From positions 1 to 64,000 of the forward strand of contig BCKZ01000037.1 of assembly GCA_001600815.1 (NCBI GenBank): a stretch of 64,000 nucleotides of DNA, written 5' to 3'. Under the pieces are notes generated by a model. It did no database searches, was not told the DNA's origin, and was given only the letters and a program-made list of their open reading frames with translations. Positions 35,182-47,159 of this stretch are shown here, piece after piece. Each line of letters starts with the position of its first letter. Position 1 is the first letter of the stretch. The position numbers and the translations under genes were made by a program. The stretch comes from Alloascoidea hylecoeti. Taxonomy: Eukaryota.

Positions 35182-36651
35182 TCATAAAAATGACATTAAC
35201 ACAGCAACAAATCCAACAAAAATTCCATTCATACTGTTAAATCCGTTAACATTACCATCATTCTTTTTAGATGATGATGATGATTTACCAGATGATGTAG
35301 CACTTGAACTTGCAGCATTTGTACTTGAACTAACTTCTTCATTTAAGTTATTAACTAAATTTTCAGGTTTAAAAGTTAATTTAGTATCAGTAATTTCATC
35401 TCCATCAGATCCATAAATTTTATAAGTTGTTTGAGTTGAATTTAAATCAACAATTTTTCCAAAGTTATCAAATGGTTGACCATTATCAATCATCCATTGA
35501 ATATCTTTACTTGGAGAAGGTAAAGTAAAAGAAGAATTAAAACTTGAATATAGTGAAGTAATTTCACTTGAATTACATTTATTAATATCAGAACTTTCAA
35601 TATCTTGAACATTTGATTCACTTATATTTTTTAAATCTAATTTGTTATAACGATTTAACAAATTATCAAATTCTTCAGTTAAATGAACAGAATTATCACC
35701 GTCAATTGTAACAATTCCATAATTATTTGTTTCATTTGAATACTCATAAACTAAACCTCCAGAAAAAATTGAACCTAAACCATTATATAATGCATCAACT
35801 TCATCAAAAGTTCTTGGTGAATTTTTATTACAACCATATTCTGAAAAAATCAAAGGAATTGATGAATCAGTGAAAGTTGAATTGAATAAATCATAATTTG
35901 ATGAATCCCAATCACTTGAACCTGAACACCAATCATAAGAATTTAAACCATAAAAATCCGATTTTGAATCATCTGTACCACATTCTAAATATTTCCAACC
36001 AGTAATTCTAATATCTTCATCACTTGCGGCAGAATAACCAACAGGAACTGTTCTATTCGAATTATTATCCATATAATTTTTCATATCTCTTTGAACTGCT
36101 CTAACATAAGGAGGACTAACTTTTGAAGATTTTGCATCGTTCATAACTTCATTTGCAGAAAAAAAACCTAAAACATTTGGAAATCCACTAAATGCTTCAA
36201 TCATTTCAAAAACTCTTGTCATATAAACAGCATTATAAGAAGATGAAGGATTATATCTATTTAATGAAGCATCAGAAGTACCAGCATTAACATCTAATAT
36301 AACATAAATTCCAGCATTATTAAAAATAGTCATACATTCATCATGATTTAATGATGGATTGACAGAATAAATTCTAATTGTATTAATACCTAATTTATTA
36401 AAAACAAAAGCATCACGTAAACAAACATTGGAATCTGTTAAAGCATCAGAATCAGAATCTGCTGAATAACCTGAAGCGCCGCCTATTTGATAATCAAGAC
36501 CAACAGGGAAGAAAACTTCACCATCATTGGATTCACCATCAGTTCCAATAGCAGGTTTAATAAATCTATTACCTTTCGTATGGATTGGAACAAGAGCCGA
36601 AGTTAACCCAAAGTAAAGAGATGAAAGGGACAAATAACGAGTGACTTTCAT
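35182..36651 (-). CDS. GAS3: GH72 beta-1,3-glucanosyltransferase without X8 domain, GPI-anchored, Gas3-like
   Basis: Signal peptide; RFIKP...EVFFPVGLDYQIGGASGYSADSDSD; FSANEV, FSEYGCN, FSGGLVYEY; Ser-rich tail and GPI signal. Confidence 0.85.
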   Translation of the reverse strand: MKVTRYLSLSSLYFGLTSALVPIHTKGNRFIKPAIGTDGESNDGEVFFPVGLDYQIGGASGYSADSDSDALTDSNVCLRDAFVFNKLGINTIRIYSVNPSLNHDECMTIFNNAGIYVILDVNAGTSDASLNRYNPSSSYNAVYMTRVFEMIEAFSGFPNVLGFFSANEVMNDAKSSKVSPPYVRAVQRDMKNYMDNNSNRTVPVGYSAASDEDIRITGWKYLECGTDDSKSDFYGLNSYDWCSGSSDWDSSNYDLFNSTFTDSSIPLIFSEYGCNKNSPRTFDEVDALYNGLGSIFSGGLVYEYSNETNNYGIVTIDGDNSVHLTEEFDNLLNRYNKLDLKNISESNVQDIESSDINKCNSSEITSLYSSFNSSFTLPSPSKDIQWMIDNGQPFDNFGKIVDLNSTQTTYKIYGSDGDEITDTKLTFKPENLVNNLNEEVSSSTNAASSSATSSGKSSSSSKKNDGNVNGFNSMNGIFVGFVAVLMSFL

Positions 36652-36985
36652 TTTTAAAAGATAGTAATATAAATAGTAATATTTATGCTTTTTGGAGATG
36701 AAAAAAAAGAAAAGAAAAGAAAAGAAAGGAGAAAGAAAGAGAATTTAAATTTAAGTTAAAAGTTGTTTTGGATTTGTTTCGGGGTCATTATTTAGCCGTA
36801 AATTTTAATACCCTGACTATTTATAGGTAGAAGCGTAATTATGTAAGCGTATTTTTTACGTATCAAAGGCCGAAACGCGTATATTTAAGGTTATTACACA
36901 ACTACTATTCATTATACATTTGAAACAATGAATATGTCAAAAAAAAACTATTATTTATTCATTCATATTATTATTATTACGACAG

Positions 36986-37915
36986 TTACATATTGTGACC
37001 TTCATAATCAAGAATTGGTTGTTGTTGATGATGTTGTTGGATTGGATTATTATATTCATTAAACCAAGGATGAGATAAAGCTTGACGAGCAGACATTCTA
37101 TTATCAGGAATCATTTGTAATAATCCTGTTAATAAATTTAAAGAAATTGGATCGAGTTGTGGTATAATTGCTCTTAAATCTTGAGGAATATAAACATTAA
37201 AATTTGGTCTATAATTTGGTAATAATGAAATATTTGGCCAAGTTAATTCATTTGGTGTACCCATTAATCGAAATATCTTTTGTAATTGATCATCATTTGA
37301 TGATCCAGGAAATAATGGTCTACCACTAAACATTTCTGCTAATATACATCCTGTTGACCAAATATCAATTGATGTTGAATAATTCCTTGATCCCATTAAG
37401 ACATCTGGTGCCCTATACCATAAAGTAACAACTTCATTTGAAAATGTATTAACTGGTATACCAAATGCTCTTGCAAGACCAAAATCTCCAATTTTTAATT
37501 GTCCTTTTGAATTAATTAATAAATTTTGTGGTTTTAAATCTCTATGTAATACTCTATTTTCATGACAAAACATAACTCCACGTAATAATTGAAACATAAA
37601 ACTTTTAACAATTTTTGGATTTAATGATCCATTATTACCATGAGATTCCATATATTTTTTTAAATCTTTATCCATATATTCAAAAACTAATGTTAATTTA
37701 TTTTCTGTATGAATAACATCATATAATGATACAATATTTTCATGTTTTAATTCTTTCATTAATGAAATTTCACGTATTGCTGTTGATGGTGTACCTTCTT
37801 CTGAATCAAGTGAGATTTCTTTTAATGCCACATATACTCCAGTTGCTCGATTTTTACCTTTATAAACTGTTGCATAAGTTCCTTCACCTAATTTTTCAAG
37901 TCGATCGATATTCAT
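36986..37915 (-). CDS. PHO85: Cyclin-dependent kinase Pho85
   Basis: [57 protein letters not shown]. Confidence 0.97.
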   Translation of the reverse strand: MNIDRLEKLGEGTYATVYKGKNRATGVYVALKEISLDSEEGTPSTAIREISLMKELKHENIVSLYDVIHTENKLTLVFEYMDKDLKKYMESHGNNGSLNPKIVKSFMFQLLRGVMFCHENRVLHRDLKPQNLLINSKGQLKIGDFGLARAFGIPVNTFSNEVVTLWYRAPDVLMGSRNYSTSIDIWSTGCILAEMFSGRPLFPGSSNDDQLQKIFRLMGTPNELTWPNISLLPNYRPNFNVYIPQDLRAIIPQLDPISLNLLTGLLQMIPDNRMSARQALSHPWFNEYNNPIQQHHQQQPILDYEGHNM

Positions 37916-38097
37916 TGTGTTTGTTTAGATTTTATAGGTTTGTTGGGTTAAGTATTGTTTGAATATGATTATGATATCTTCGAAGTGAGCAATTTGGAAA
38001 TCAATCAAACTGGTGTCTGGGTGTTTCAGAAGTATAACCTTATACGAATTTTCATTTTCATATTCAAATTCAAAATCATCATTCAATTTTAAAAGAA

Positions 38098-39825
38098 ATG
38101 GAGGAAATTAAAAATATTACAAAATTTAATCCAATTGATGTTAGACAACAAGATTCAATATTGGGTCCAGAATGGGTTTCAATTTATTTACAGAATAATG
38201 TTTCATTTGAATCAAATCATTATGAACAAGCAATGAATAATGTTATAATGTTACCAAATATAAATTCAACAATTATTTTAAGATCTGACATTTTAAAAAA
38301 AGAAGAATATGAACTTTCAAATGAAGATGATAATGGTGATAGGAAATGGATTTTAAATGATGAATTTATAAGTGATCTAGCTAATCAAGTTCCAGATATT
38401 GAAGAACATAATACAAATAATGACTCAAATTCGAATACAAACACAAATGAAAATGAAAATGAAAATTCAAATAAAATGGTATCACTTTATTTATCAGATC
38501 AACAATATCGATCAATTCCAATCTCTTCAACATTAAACCTTCATAATAAATTAAGATTAATACGTCGTATGATTCCAAGAAATCCATTTAAAGATGCAAT
38601 AATTAATCAAACATGTTTATTATTATCATCAAATGAATTAAAACAAGAAGAAAGATCAATATTAATTGCTTATATTCCACATATTCAAAATGAATCTGAA
38701 TGTCCTTTTTATTTACCACCAGTTCAATGTGTTGCGTTATTATTACATAACAAATCAATATCTGTTCATTATTTACCATTCAATTATTCAAATCCAAATT
38801 CATTATCACAAATTAAGGACCAATCAGATAAAAATCGATTAATTAGAATTTCATATCATTTATTAAAAACATCCTATAAACATTCAAATGGTGTTAAATT
38901 AGGTTATTCAAAAAGAGTGCATCATGATTTAATTATATCAAAATCAAAATTTCAAGATCGTTATATTAAATTAAAACAAAAATATGCTTCTCAATTGGTA
39001 AAAAATTGGGTTGAATCAACAGATCCATCAAAACATGTATTTGAAGATTTAAGTATTGCTGCATTTTTAATTGAAATTTGGAATTCACTTTATATTAATA
39101 AAAATGAATTTATATTTAGAGATTTGGGTTGTGGGAATGGTTTATTGGTATATTTATTAATTATGGAAGGTTATAATGGTATTGGAATTGATGCAAGAAA
39201 GAGAAAAAGTTGGAATATTTATCCAAAAATTGTACAAGATTGTTTAAAAGAACAATTTATAATTCCTGGAATTTTATTAAAAAATCAACAACAAAAAAAT
39301 CAAAAAATGTATAAAATTAATAATGAATTTAAAACATCAACTGATTTAATTAATGATAAAAATATTAATACATGTAATTTTCCAAAAAATACATTTTTAA
39401 TTGGAAATCATTCAGATGAATTAACACTTTGGATTCCTTTATTAGGTTATCCATTTTTTCTAATACCTTGTTGTTCTCATTCATTAAATGGTGAAAAGTT
39501 TAGATTTTCAAGTTCAAAAACAACAAAAAGTAATAAAAATCAAAATCAAAATGATATACAAATAAAAGAAAATGATGAATTTAATTCATCTTCAAAATAT
39601 GGTGCATTAGTAAAGCATACAATTGATATTTCAAAAAAACTTGGTTGGAAAATAAATAAAGAAATGCTTAGAATTCCATCAACAAGAAATGCTGCAATAA
39701 TAGGTGCAAGAAAAGTTGATGCAAGTAAAGAAAAATTAATGACTGTTTATGAAGTTTTAGAAATGGAAGGTGGTGCTGATGGTTATATTGAACATACAAT
39801 GGGTTTAAAACCAAGTAATCATTAA
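38098..39825 (+). CDS. TRM44: tRNA(Ser) Um44 2'-O-methyltransferase
   Basis: YSKRVHHD, WVESTDPSKHVFEDLSIAAFLI, FRDLGCGNGLLV, GIDARKRKSW, IGNHSDELT, IPCCSH, LRIPSTRN; divergent from PHO85 as in S. cerevisiae. Confidence 0.95.
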   Translation: MEEIKNITKFNPIDVRQQDSILGPEWVSIYLQNNVSFESNHYEQAMNNVIMLPNINSTIILRSDILKKEEYELSNEDDNGDRKWILNDEFISDLANQVPDIEEHNTNNDSNSNTNTNENENENSNKMVSLYLSDQQYRSIPISSTLNLHNKLRLIRRMIPRNPFKDAIINQTCLLLSSNELKQEERSILIAYIPHIQNESECPFYLPPVQCVALLLHNKSISVHYLPFNYSNPNSLSQIKDQSDKNRLIRISYHLLKTSYKHSNGVKLGYSKRVHHDLIISKSKFQDRYIKLKQKYASQLVKNWVESTDPSKHVFEDLSIAAFLIEIWNSLYINKNEFIFRDLGCGNGLLVYLLIMEGYNGIGIDARKRKSWNIYPKIVQDCLKEQFIIPGILLKNQQQKNQKMYKINNEFKTSTDLINDKNINTCNFPKNTFLIGNHSDELTLWIPLLGYPFFLIPCCSHSLNGEKFRFSSSKTTKSNKNQNQNDIQIKENDEFNSSSKYGALVKHTIDISKKLGWKINKEMLRIPSTRNAAIIGARKVDASKEKLMTVYEVLEMEGGADGYIEHTMGLKPSNH

Positions 39826-40763
39826 TTGTAATGATCATCAATCACCAAAGAAAATACATTCATTATGTATTCTATATATAAACTACTTATCTTAATAAAT
39901 TCTCATGAAATATTTGTACCTGTTTTTTTGTTTTCAGTTAAAAGTTAAAGGATTCAACCTGTTTTTAATTAGTTTATATAGAGTGCTATAAGGTTTCCAC
40001 TTTCCATGTGATCACCAACTGCTAAATTTTTATTAAATATCTTTGCCTTTCCTTTCCTACCCTTATTTTATTAATTCTTTTTCTTGTGGCAGTTGAGCTG
40101 ATTGTTAATCATTGAATTCTCAATCTTTCATAGGTCTCTGCATATTGGTAGGGGTTTAGCCATCGATCCCTTTCACCAAAATATTCTATTTGTCGATAAA
40201 ATTCATTAGCTTCATCTGAGTTAGATAACAATTTTCTGAATTCTTCATCAAGCTCAAGCAGGTTGACATTTGGTGGTGATATCACCATGTTCAAATCAAC
40301 CGGTCAAATCCAAGTCCTCCCACTGATCCTCGAAACAATATCATAATATCAACTCTATTGGAAGTGTAATATTCAATCAGAAACATTTAAAGATGGTTGG
40401 TGTGTTCAATCAAAAGAAGTTTGTTCCGTTGTAACAGAAGGAACCTTGGTTGATAAAAGAGAGTCTAAATACTAATGGGATTAGTATTTTTCCAGGTTCT
40501 GGATTTAATCAAATGGAAGCAGAATATCATTTTAAACCCTCCTGTATGAATTTTTATAATACATTTATTGATGAATACAAATAATGATTAAAACTCACTT
40601 AAGTATTATTTACAATAATAAAAAACATAAATATTAAAAATTATATTTACAATCATTATTATACCCCACATTCTTTAGATATCATTGACATGGTCTTGAT
40701 ATTAACTGGATATGGAGTTTTAACATCAGAAACTCTGGATCCTCTTCTTTTTTTTTTGGATTT

Positions 40764-42320
40764 TTAATAACTTCTTCTTCTTTCTTTTGAACAATTGTTT
40801 CCTTTCTTGTCGATTTTTTTATTGAAAATTCGAATAGCTCTGCATCGGCTAATGTAACTCTTGCCTTGGGCTTCTTCGAAATGAACTTTTGGGTCTAGAG
40901 TAACCTCTGAATTTATAGACTCTCGAGTTAAAACACTCTCACTGTCATTATTTTTGAATTTTAATAATGATTGATCATAATTATGAATAATTATTAATGA
41001 TTCTGAAATTATAGATTTTGAATTATTAATCATAAATTGAAGGAGTAATCTTGAATAATTACTCTCCTCAAATTTTTGATTATGATTAGAGGGATGTGTG
41101 AAAATACCAGGTTCGAAAATTGCAGATAAATTATATGAATTCATGAAATTTATTTCATTCTTTTCTTGAAATAAGAATAGAACTTCTAATAAACAAAGTA
41201 ATAGGTTTTGATTAGCATTTGGTAACTTGGATATAAGTATTGCAAAGCAACTAGAAAGCTCCTTTGATTCAATATTAAAACGGGATTTATTGGAACCGTT
41301 TTCATTATTGGCCGATGGACCAGGCGCAACACCTGCCATCGAATGAAATCTAAAATTATCTTTTTTCATTTCCTCAATAATATTAGTAAATCTCATCATT
41401 AATTCAATAGATTCATTATAAAACTCCAAAGGAATAACGGATTCTTCCAAACTATTTAAATATCTTTTTAAAATATTAGAAACATCGTGAATAGTAAAAC
41501 CATGTTCTGACAATTTCAAATCTTGTCCAAACAATGGACCCAATTCAAATAAATTTTGTAAACGTTTAATTCTTGAGGTTGATCCATTTAATCTAAAAAT
41601 ACCACTAATTCCTAAACCATCCGGGATTATAAAATCAATACATTTAACTATTACCGTAGGAATATCATCATAGATATGACTTTTTGTATCATATGTAATG
41701 ATTTGCGAAGTAATAGATTGTGAAGAGCATTGAACTGATTGCTCAAGTGTCACGGAAAATATCTGTGGTGTTAAATCTTCATTTTCAAATTTGAACCAAT
41801 CTATATTTGTACCATTATATGCATGAACATGGGAACGGTTTTCGGGAACGGAAGAATATTTTCTGTTAAAAGCTCTCTTAAAAATTGAAAAACGGCCATG
41901 AGGTTTTAATTTAGAATCCTCTGAATTGTTTTGAGTTTCTGTATGCAAATATTTATTAACATTATTTCCAATGGCTGCAGGTGAAATATTAACTGAATTA
42001 TCCATAAATGAATATGATGAAAATTTATCATAAATACCAATAATACTAGCATTTGAATCACAATCATTATCATTATTTTCGAAGCTCTCATGGGAAAAGG
42101 ATTTCGGAGAAGTAATCGGATTAAACTCATGTAATTTCATGCTTAATTTTCTATGTTTATCAGAGCAAGTGATGAGCATGCCTTGGATACTACTGTTGAT
42201 TGATTCTCTTTTGGTTCTTTTAGACATTATATTCATTGTTGGTGTAGGTGCTGGAGAACTAGTTGAGCAGTCTTGTGTGAGTGTCTCTTCTGCTGATGGT
42301 ATTGAAATTATATTTGACAT
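40764..42320 (-). CDS. RhoGAP-domain protein (Sac7/Bag7-like, divergent)
   Basis: IPTVIVKC...GISGIFRLNGSTSRIKRLQNLF...TIHDVSNILKRYLNSLEESVIP...LPNANQNLL...MNSYNLSAIFEPGIFTHP. Confidence 0.85.
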   Translation of the reverse strand: MSNIISIPSAEETLTQDCSTSSPAPTPTMNIMSKRTKRESINSSIQGMLITCSDKHRKLSMKLHEFNPITSPKSFSHESFENNDNDCDSNASIIGIYDKFSSYSFMDNSVNISPAAIGNNVNKYLHTETQNNSEDSKLKPHGRFSIFKRAFNRKYSSVPENRSHVHAYNGTNIDWFKFENEDLTPQIFSVTLEQSVQCSSQSITSQIITYDTKSHIYDDIPTVIVKCIDFIIPDGLGISGIFRLNGSTSRIKRLQNLFELGPLFGQDLKLSEHGFTIHDVSNILKRYLNSLEESVIPLEFYNESIELMMRFTNIIEEMKKDNFRFHSMAGVAPGPSANNENGSNKSRFNIESKELSSCFAILISKLPNANQNLLLCLLEVLFLFQEKNEINFMNSYNLSAIFEPGIFTHPSNHNQKFEESNYSRLLLQFMINNSKSIISESLIIIHNYDQSLLKFKNNDSESVLTRESINSEVTLDPKVHFEEAQGKSYISRCRAIRIFNKKIDKKGNNCSKERRRSY

Positions 42321-43936
42321 AATGATAAAAGAAAAAATGACAATTAAAATATAGTAAAAGTGAAGAAGATGATCAATTATAAATGGATAAATAAATAAAA
42401 ATGATAGAATAGGACGCGAATAAAAATGTTTATTTTATTTTATTGGGGACAAGCTTTTTCTATCGTGATATCGATGTTCAACAAAAAATAATGAATCAAG
42501 TAGGAATGGAAAAATAAAACGAAAGAGTACGGAATGGGTATGGCAATGCTGTTTATAATATTTTACTGGAATTTCCCTTTTCATCCTTAGCTTATAAAAA
42601 AAAAAAGCGAAGGTCTCGTATTGGCAGTTATGACATTTTTCTTGTTGCAGGTTCTTTTTCAGGATCCTGCATTTTTTAATTATGCAGTAAAATTAAGCAT
42701 TGACGCAGAATGCAATTGATGTCAAACTTAAATCATTATATATTTATTAGAAAGACTTGAAAAGCTAGAACAGAGAGTAGGAACTAGATAATTCTATAGT
42801 CTATAGCTATGGACAAGCAGTTTTATGATGTTAAGTACGTACTCAACTAAAGAGGTGGATAATTAAAAGGATTTTTCTCAAGCCACTCGATCTCAAAAAG
42901 AGTTTTGAATTAATGTGTTGACCTTTTTGTATAGTATATAGTATCCTTTTTTTTATCATCTTCAATTCAAACACAGACAATTTTCTTTTCCTTCACAATT
43001 GAAAATGGCGACATCGAGTGTTTTGTTGCAGGTAAAGCCGTTATTGGTCGGTCTTGGTGTGGTACATGTGCTCGTCCTGAATTTCTTCAGTCTGTTCACT
43101 AGCTGATTGATAGATCAATAAAGATTTTATATAGATAATAAATTGTCCATAGTAGTGAGCCAATTTTTTCGTTGTTAGTGAATGTTTTGAACGCTTTTTT
43201 AACGCTAATGATCAAGAACAACCATTATATCTATAGTATCACTTGTTACTGTTTAAATATACGTAACACAGTTGATATTGATAATTAATCAAGTAGTGGG
43301 CCTCTCTATTAATTTAAATAAGTCTACGGCCGAAAGCAAGTGATGTCAATGTATAACAATGTTGTTGCAGTTCTTCTACCATTACAACTTATAGATTCGG
43401 TGGGATTTCGAAAAACATTTACATACGTTTGGGGATTAGAAAATTAAGCAGCATTTAATTCTTTAGATCACGTAACTAAGATATCAGAAGACTATATATA
43501 AACGATGTTTTTAATTAGTTATACTTTCAAGAAAAGTTACCGGATATCCGAAATTATTGTATATGATACTAATCTACAAAAATATCAGAGAATGGAACAT
43601 TTTTGTTTTGTGTTTTCTATCTTAAATGTGTAGTACATCCGTTGAATAATGAGTCCACTAATCATTATGGTAATTTATAAGCGCTTAGCTTTTGTGTTTC
43701 AATTTTTTTCTTTCTTATTGTTATTTTATATTCAACTTCAATTGTTTTCTTCATATATTGCATCACCATTCTTCTCATCAAGTTGAAACTATCTATAAAC
43801 TTCAGCTATACTTACATTGACAAAGGTCGGTATTCATTATTAATTTTGACAATGCTTTTGGAATTTATATTTAACATTCTTCATAATTAAATAGCTCTTT
43901 CAATTTCTTTTTCAAGCATTATTATCCACAAACAAG

Positions 43937-44425
43937 ATGACAATTGAACCAACTCCAAGATACCACAAAGATCTTCATCCTCTCGAATTATGGAACTCAT
44001 GGTACTCCAAAAATGAAGCTGAAATAATGAGGACGCAACAAGAAAACAATAACAAGATATATGATAAAGTTGTCCAGTACGCTAAGAATTACACAGAATC
44101 GATTACTGCGTTTATTAGATTCAACCAAGAAGTCGAAAAGTTATCTGAAATCAGATGTCCTCATACCTATCAATACGTTGATATTTTTGATGATAATAAC
44201 ACCTGGTCACCTTTATTAAAAGGTTCTGAAAGGATGGAGTTTGACTCGCAAATACTTAGGTTTTATAAAGATAATAGATTTAGAGGAGAAATCAATCGAC
44301 GTCCCAGAACTCCAGCTGTTTATAATAGTGCAATGTCTTTTATTATAATTGACTTAAACTCAGATGGTAATAATGAAGTTAATAATATGCAAAGCTTTAG
44401 AAATTTGGATGGATCAAAGAGTTAG
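43937..44425 (+). CDS. Orphan hypothetical protein (162 aa)
   Basis: Uninterrupted ATG-started ORF with protein-like composition; no family recognised. Confidence 0.5.
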   Translation: MTIEPTPRYHKDLHPLELWNSWYSKNEAEIMRTQQENNNKIYDKVVQYAKNYTESITAFIRFNQEVEKLSEIRCPHTYQYVDIFDDNNTWSPLLKGSERMEFDSQILRFYKDNRFRGEINRRPRTPAVYNSAMSFIIIDLNSDGNNEVNNMQSFRNLDGSKS

Positions 44426-44719
44426 GATAAAATTTAAATTTAGATGTATTGTTCGGATTCGAAAAATAGGTACGGTCAATGAAAAAGAAACTAATAAAGT
44501 TATTCTACTTTATGGTATTTTACTATATAATTAAAAAATCTTTTTAAAAAATACAGCTATTTCATTTGAGAGGTGAAGATAATCATAATCATAATAAAAA
44601 TATTTAACTCAAGTTTACTAACAAAACCAGATGAGTTCGATAATTAATATGATGATATAATTAAACATACAAATTCCCATTACAGCTTAGAACTAAAGAG
44701 TAGTTATAATATAGAGAGA

Positions 44720-45360
44720 TCATGAGTTCTCTTTAGGTTATTGATTATTGTGTTCCCGATCCTTCAAACAGTGTTGCTTCTGCAGTAGTAAGGAATCGGT
44801 CCCAACCCTCACATATCGTGTAAGTGCCAATCTGGAACAACTTGTGGACAGAAACCGTACATCATTTTCGGGGCACCTGACTTACATCGCGAAGACCTAG
44901 TGACCGATAATTAGTAAACTAAGACCCGTGCATATTGTAGGCGTCCATCGGTTCCAGTCCTAATAGTTGTTCCAGATTAGCACATACAAGTGTACTTAGT
45001 GTTAAATTTTCAGTTCGACACGTAGATCAATCACATATACTAGAATGATAAAAACAGGGAGTAAGGTTTATACCCCCTTTTTTCATCTCACTTGTTATTG
45101 GAAAAAGCTTTAATTGACAACCACAACAGTTTATACAACATGAACCATACTCAAGAATTGTCAAACTGCCATCGACTTTGTTTCCAATCTTCATGATCAT
45201 AATAATGAAATATTTTAAATAATCTTCTCAGAGGTCCCGACAATAATTTTCACGTAGGAAATGTTGCAATGATGGTTCAAAAGCCGATTCATGTTATGAA
45301 TTATATATTGAATGTAATCGATTACAATTAAATTAGAGAAATGATAAATTTTCATAACAT
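44720..45360 (+). repeat. Dispersed diverged repeat, other copies at ~47610-48235 and ~54510-54630
   Basis: Shared colinear anchors gttattgatt..tgtgtt, cacgtagat, aaaacagggagt, attgacaacc, aataatct..tcaga, agaaatg.taaattt. Confidence 0.7.
44819..44988. mobile_element. MITE-like element, ~170 bp with ~40-bp imperfect terminal inverted repeats
   Basis: Left tgtaagtgccaatctggaacaacttgtggacagaaaccg versus reverse complement of right tgtatgtgctaatctggaacaactattaggactggaaccg; absent from the paralogous site near 47750. Confidence 0.55.
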
Positions 45361-45641
45361 TTCCATTTTCCTTTTAACGAAGCATCTTATTCAACATTTT
45401 TTAAAAAATTGGTTCTTAACTAGTACAAAAGATAAGGAAATCAAAATTTAGGATAGTGAAACTTTTCAATGCTTAAGTATCATGATCAGGTAAACTATAA
45501 GCTTTACTCTCCCAAATTTTGATTTTCTGCCTTTTGTAACAGTTAAGATCTAATTTTTTAAAAAATGTTGAATACGATGCTTCGTTAAAAGGATGACGTA
45601 AATGTTGTGAAAATTTATCATTTCTCCAATTTAGTTGTAAT
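45321..45641. repeat. Long imperfect inverted repeat (~140-bp arms, ~35-bp spacer)
   Basis: 45321-45465 aligns to the reverse complement of 45501-45641 (agaaatgataaattttca...ccttttaacgaagcatc.tattcaacattttttaaaaaatt). Confidence 0.85.
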
Positions 45642-46196
45642 ATGTAAATAATCTTCTTTATACCGGTATATGCTTTATATACCATGCGAATTATTATGTT
45701 ATGGATTGTATTAGAAGATATTGCAAAGCTAGCTGAAATCATAAATCAACAGATTGGAAAACAAATCTTGATAATTTTCAACATGGACAACGGTTTAATT
45801 GATAACACCATTTAAAAGAAGAATTGTTTAATAGCATTTATATTAATAATGACATTATATAGTAGTGAAGGATATGGAACAACCTGAAATATTGAATTTG
45901 ATCAGATAATACAAAAATTTCGATATGTTTATGCATGAAAGTTAAAGATCAACAACACTTATTTGTGGGCTGAATTTGAAAAAATAACAGTTTGGGACTT
46001 ACTATTAAATAAACTAATAAATGATTTATCCGATCTAAGTGTATAACTTACAGCCTAATTAATAATAGAACCATTTGAGTGGATTATGCTATTTCTGGAG
46101 GTTCGGATTTAAAAGATACAAAAAGTATTGAAAAATACACAAAATTACCGACCTCACCTGTTTATGTTGATTCGAAAAGAATGGCCGTCTTCTCTA

Positions 46197-46292
46197 ATAA
46201 CTGATAATATTCAAGGTCTTGGAAAATTATCTGTCAAATATAATATCCCTTTGCATGTTGATTTCTGCCTTGTTCCGTTTATAATTCCTTGA
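46197..46292 (+). pseudogene. Fragment of sphingosine-1-phosphate lyase (DPL1-like)
   Basis: DNIQGLGKLSVKYNIPLHVDFCLVPFIIP* resembles the Dpl1 motif DDIEGLGKIAQKYKLPLHVDSCLGSFIV (recalled, not searched). Confidence 0.7.
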
Positions 46293-47159
46293 ATAAACAA
46301 AGTTAGTTTAAATATGTATAACTTATAAGTTTAAGGTTATGCAATATATAACAATCAGTGTCAAATATTTAAAATATCACTAACATATTGTAGCTTCTCT
46401 AAAATATTTTGGCATAATGTGTAAAAGTTAATTATACCTGCGACATCCTAAACGGTAATTATGCAGAAACTCTTCATAGAAGCTCAAAAAAAAGGCAACC
46501 TCCCAAAAAGGGAATTGATGTCTTCCTTTATATATTTTGAAAAAGAAGATAAGGAAAATATCTACAAATGAATTAATAGATGCTTTTATCTGGGGTATAA
46601 TAATTTTTCTATTTATAGTTGTCATCATATTCTGTCTTTGTTATGATTAGTCTGGTCACCTCTTCCATCTTTAGGAGTGTTAGAACAATGTTGAAATTAC
46701 AGAATCCATTTGTTCATAAACAAAAACAAAAACAGGGACAAGTACAGACTAATGACCAAGGTGCAGAAGAAGTGGAAGAACTCCTACCAATGTATAGGCC
46801 TAGAACTATTGAAGTCCCTCTACCAGCTTATTTTCCATAATTCACTAAGATATTTATGGAGACCTTGAGAAGCAAATATTAAATAAACTGTTGATGTTAA
46901 GGTGGTTAGTGAGTTAGTAATAGTTACATTCTGTTTTTATGTTTCACGTAATTAGTTTTTATGTTTCACCATCAATCATTTATACAGATAACATGTTTTA
47001 AATAGTTATATATAAGAAGTAGTCTTTCCCTAGATATTAAAAAGAAGAAGAAACAGATAGAAAAAGATTCGTTCAATCAATGCCGGAAGACACTGATTCT
47101 TTACTAAGTTTGATAAAACAGCTACAAGAATATAAACAGTTAAGCAATACTATGCTATA

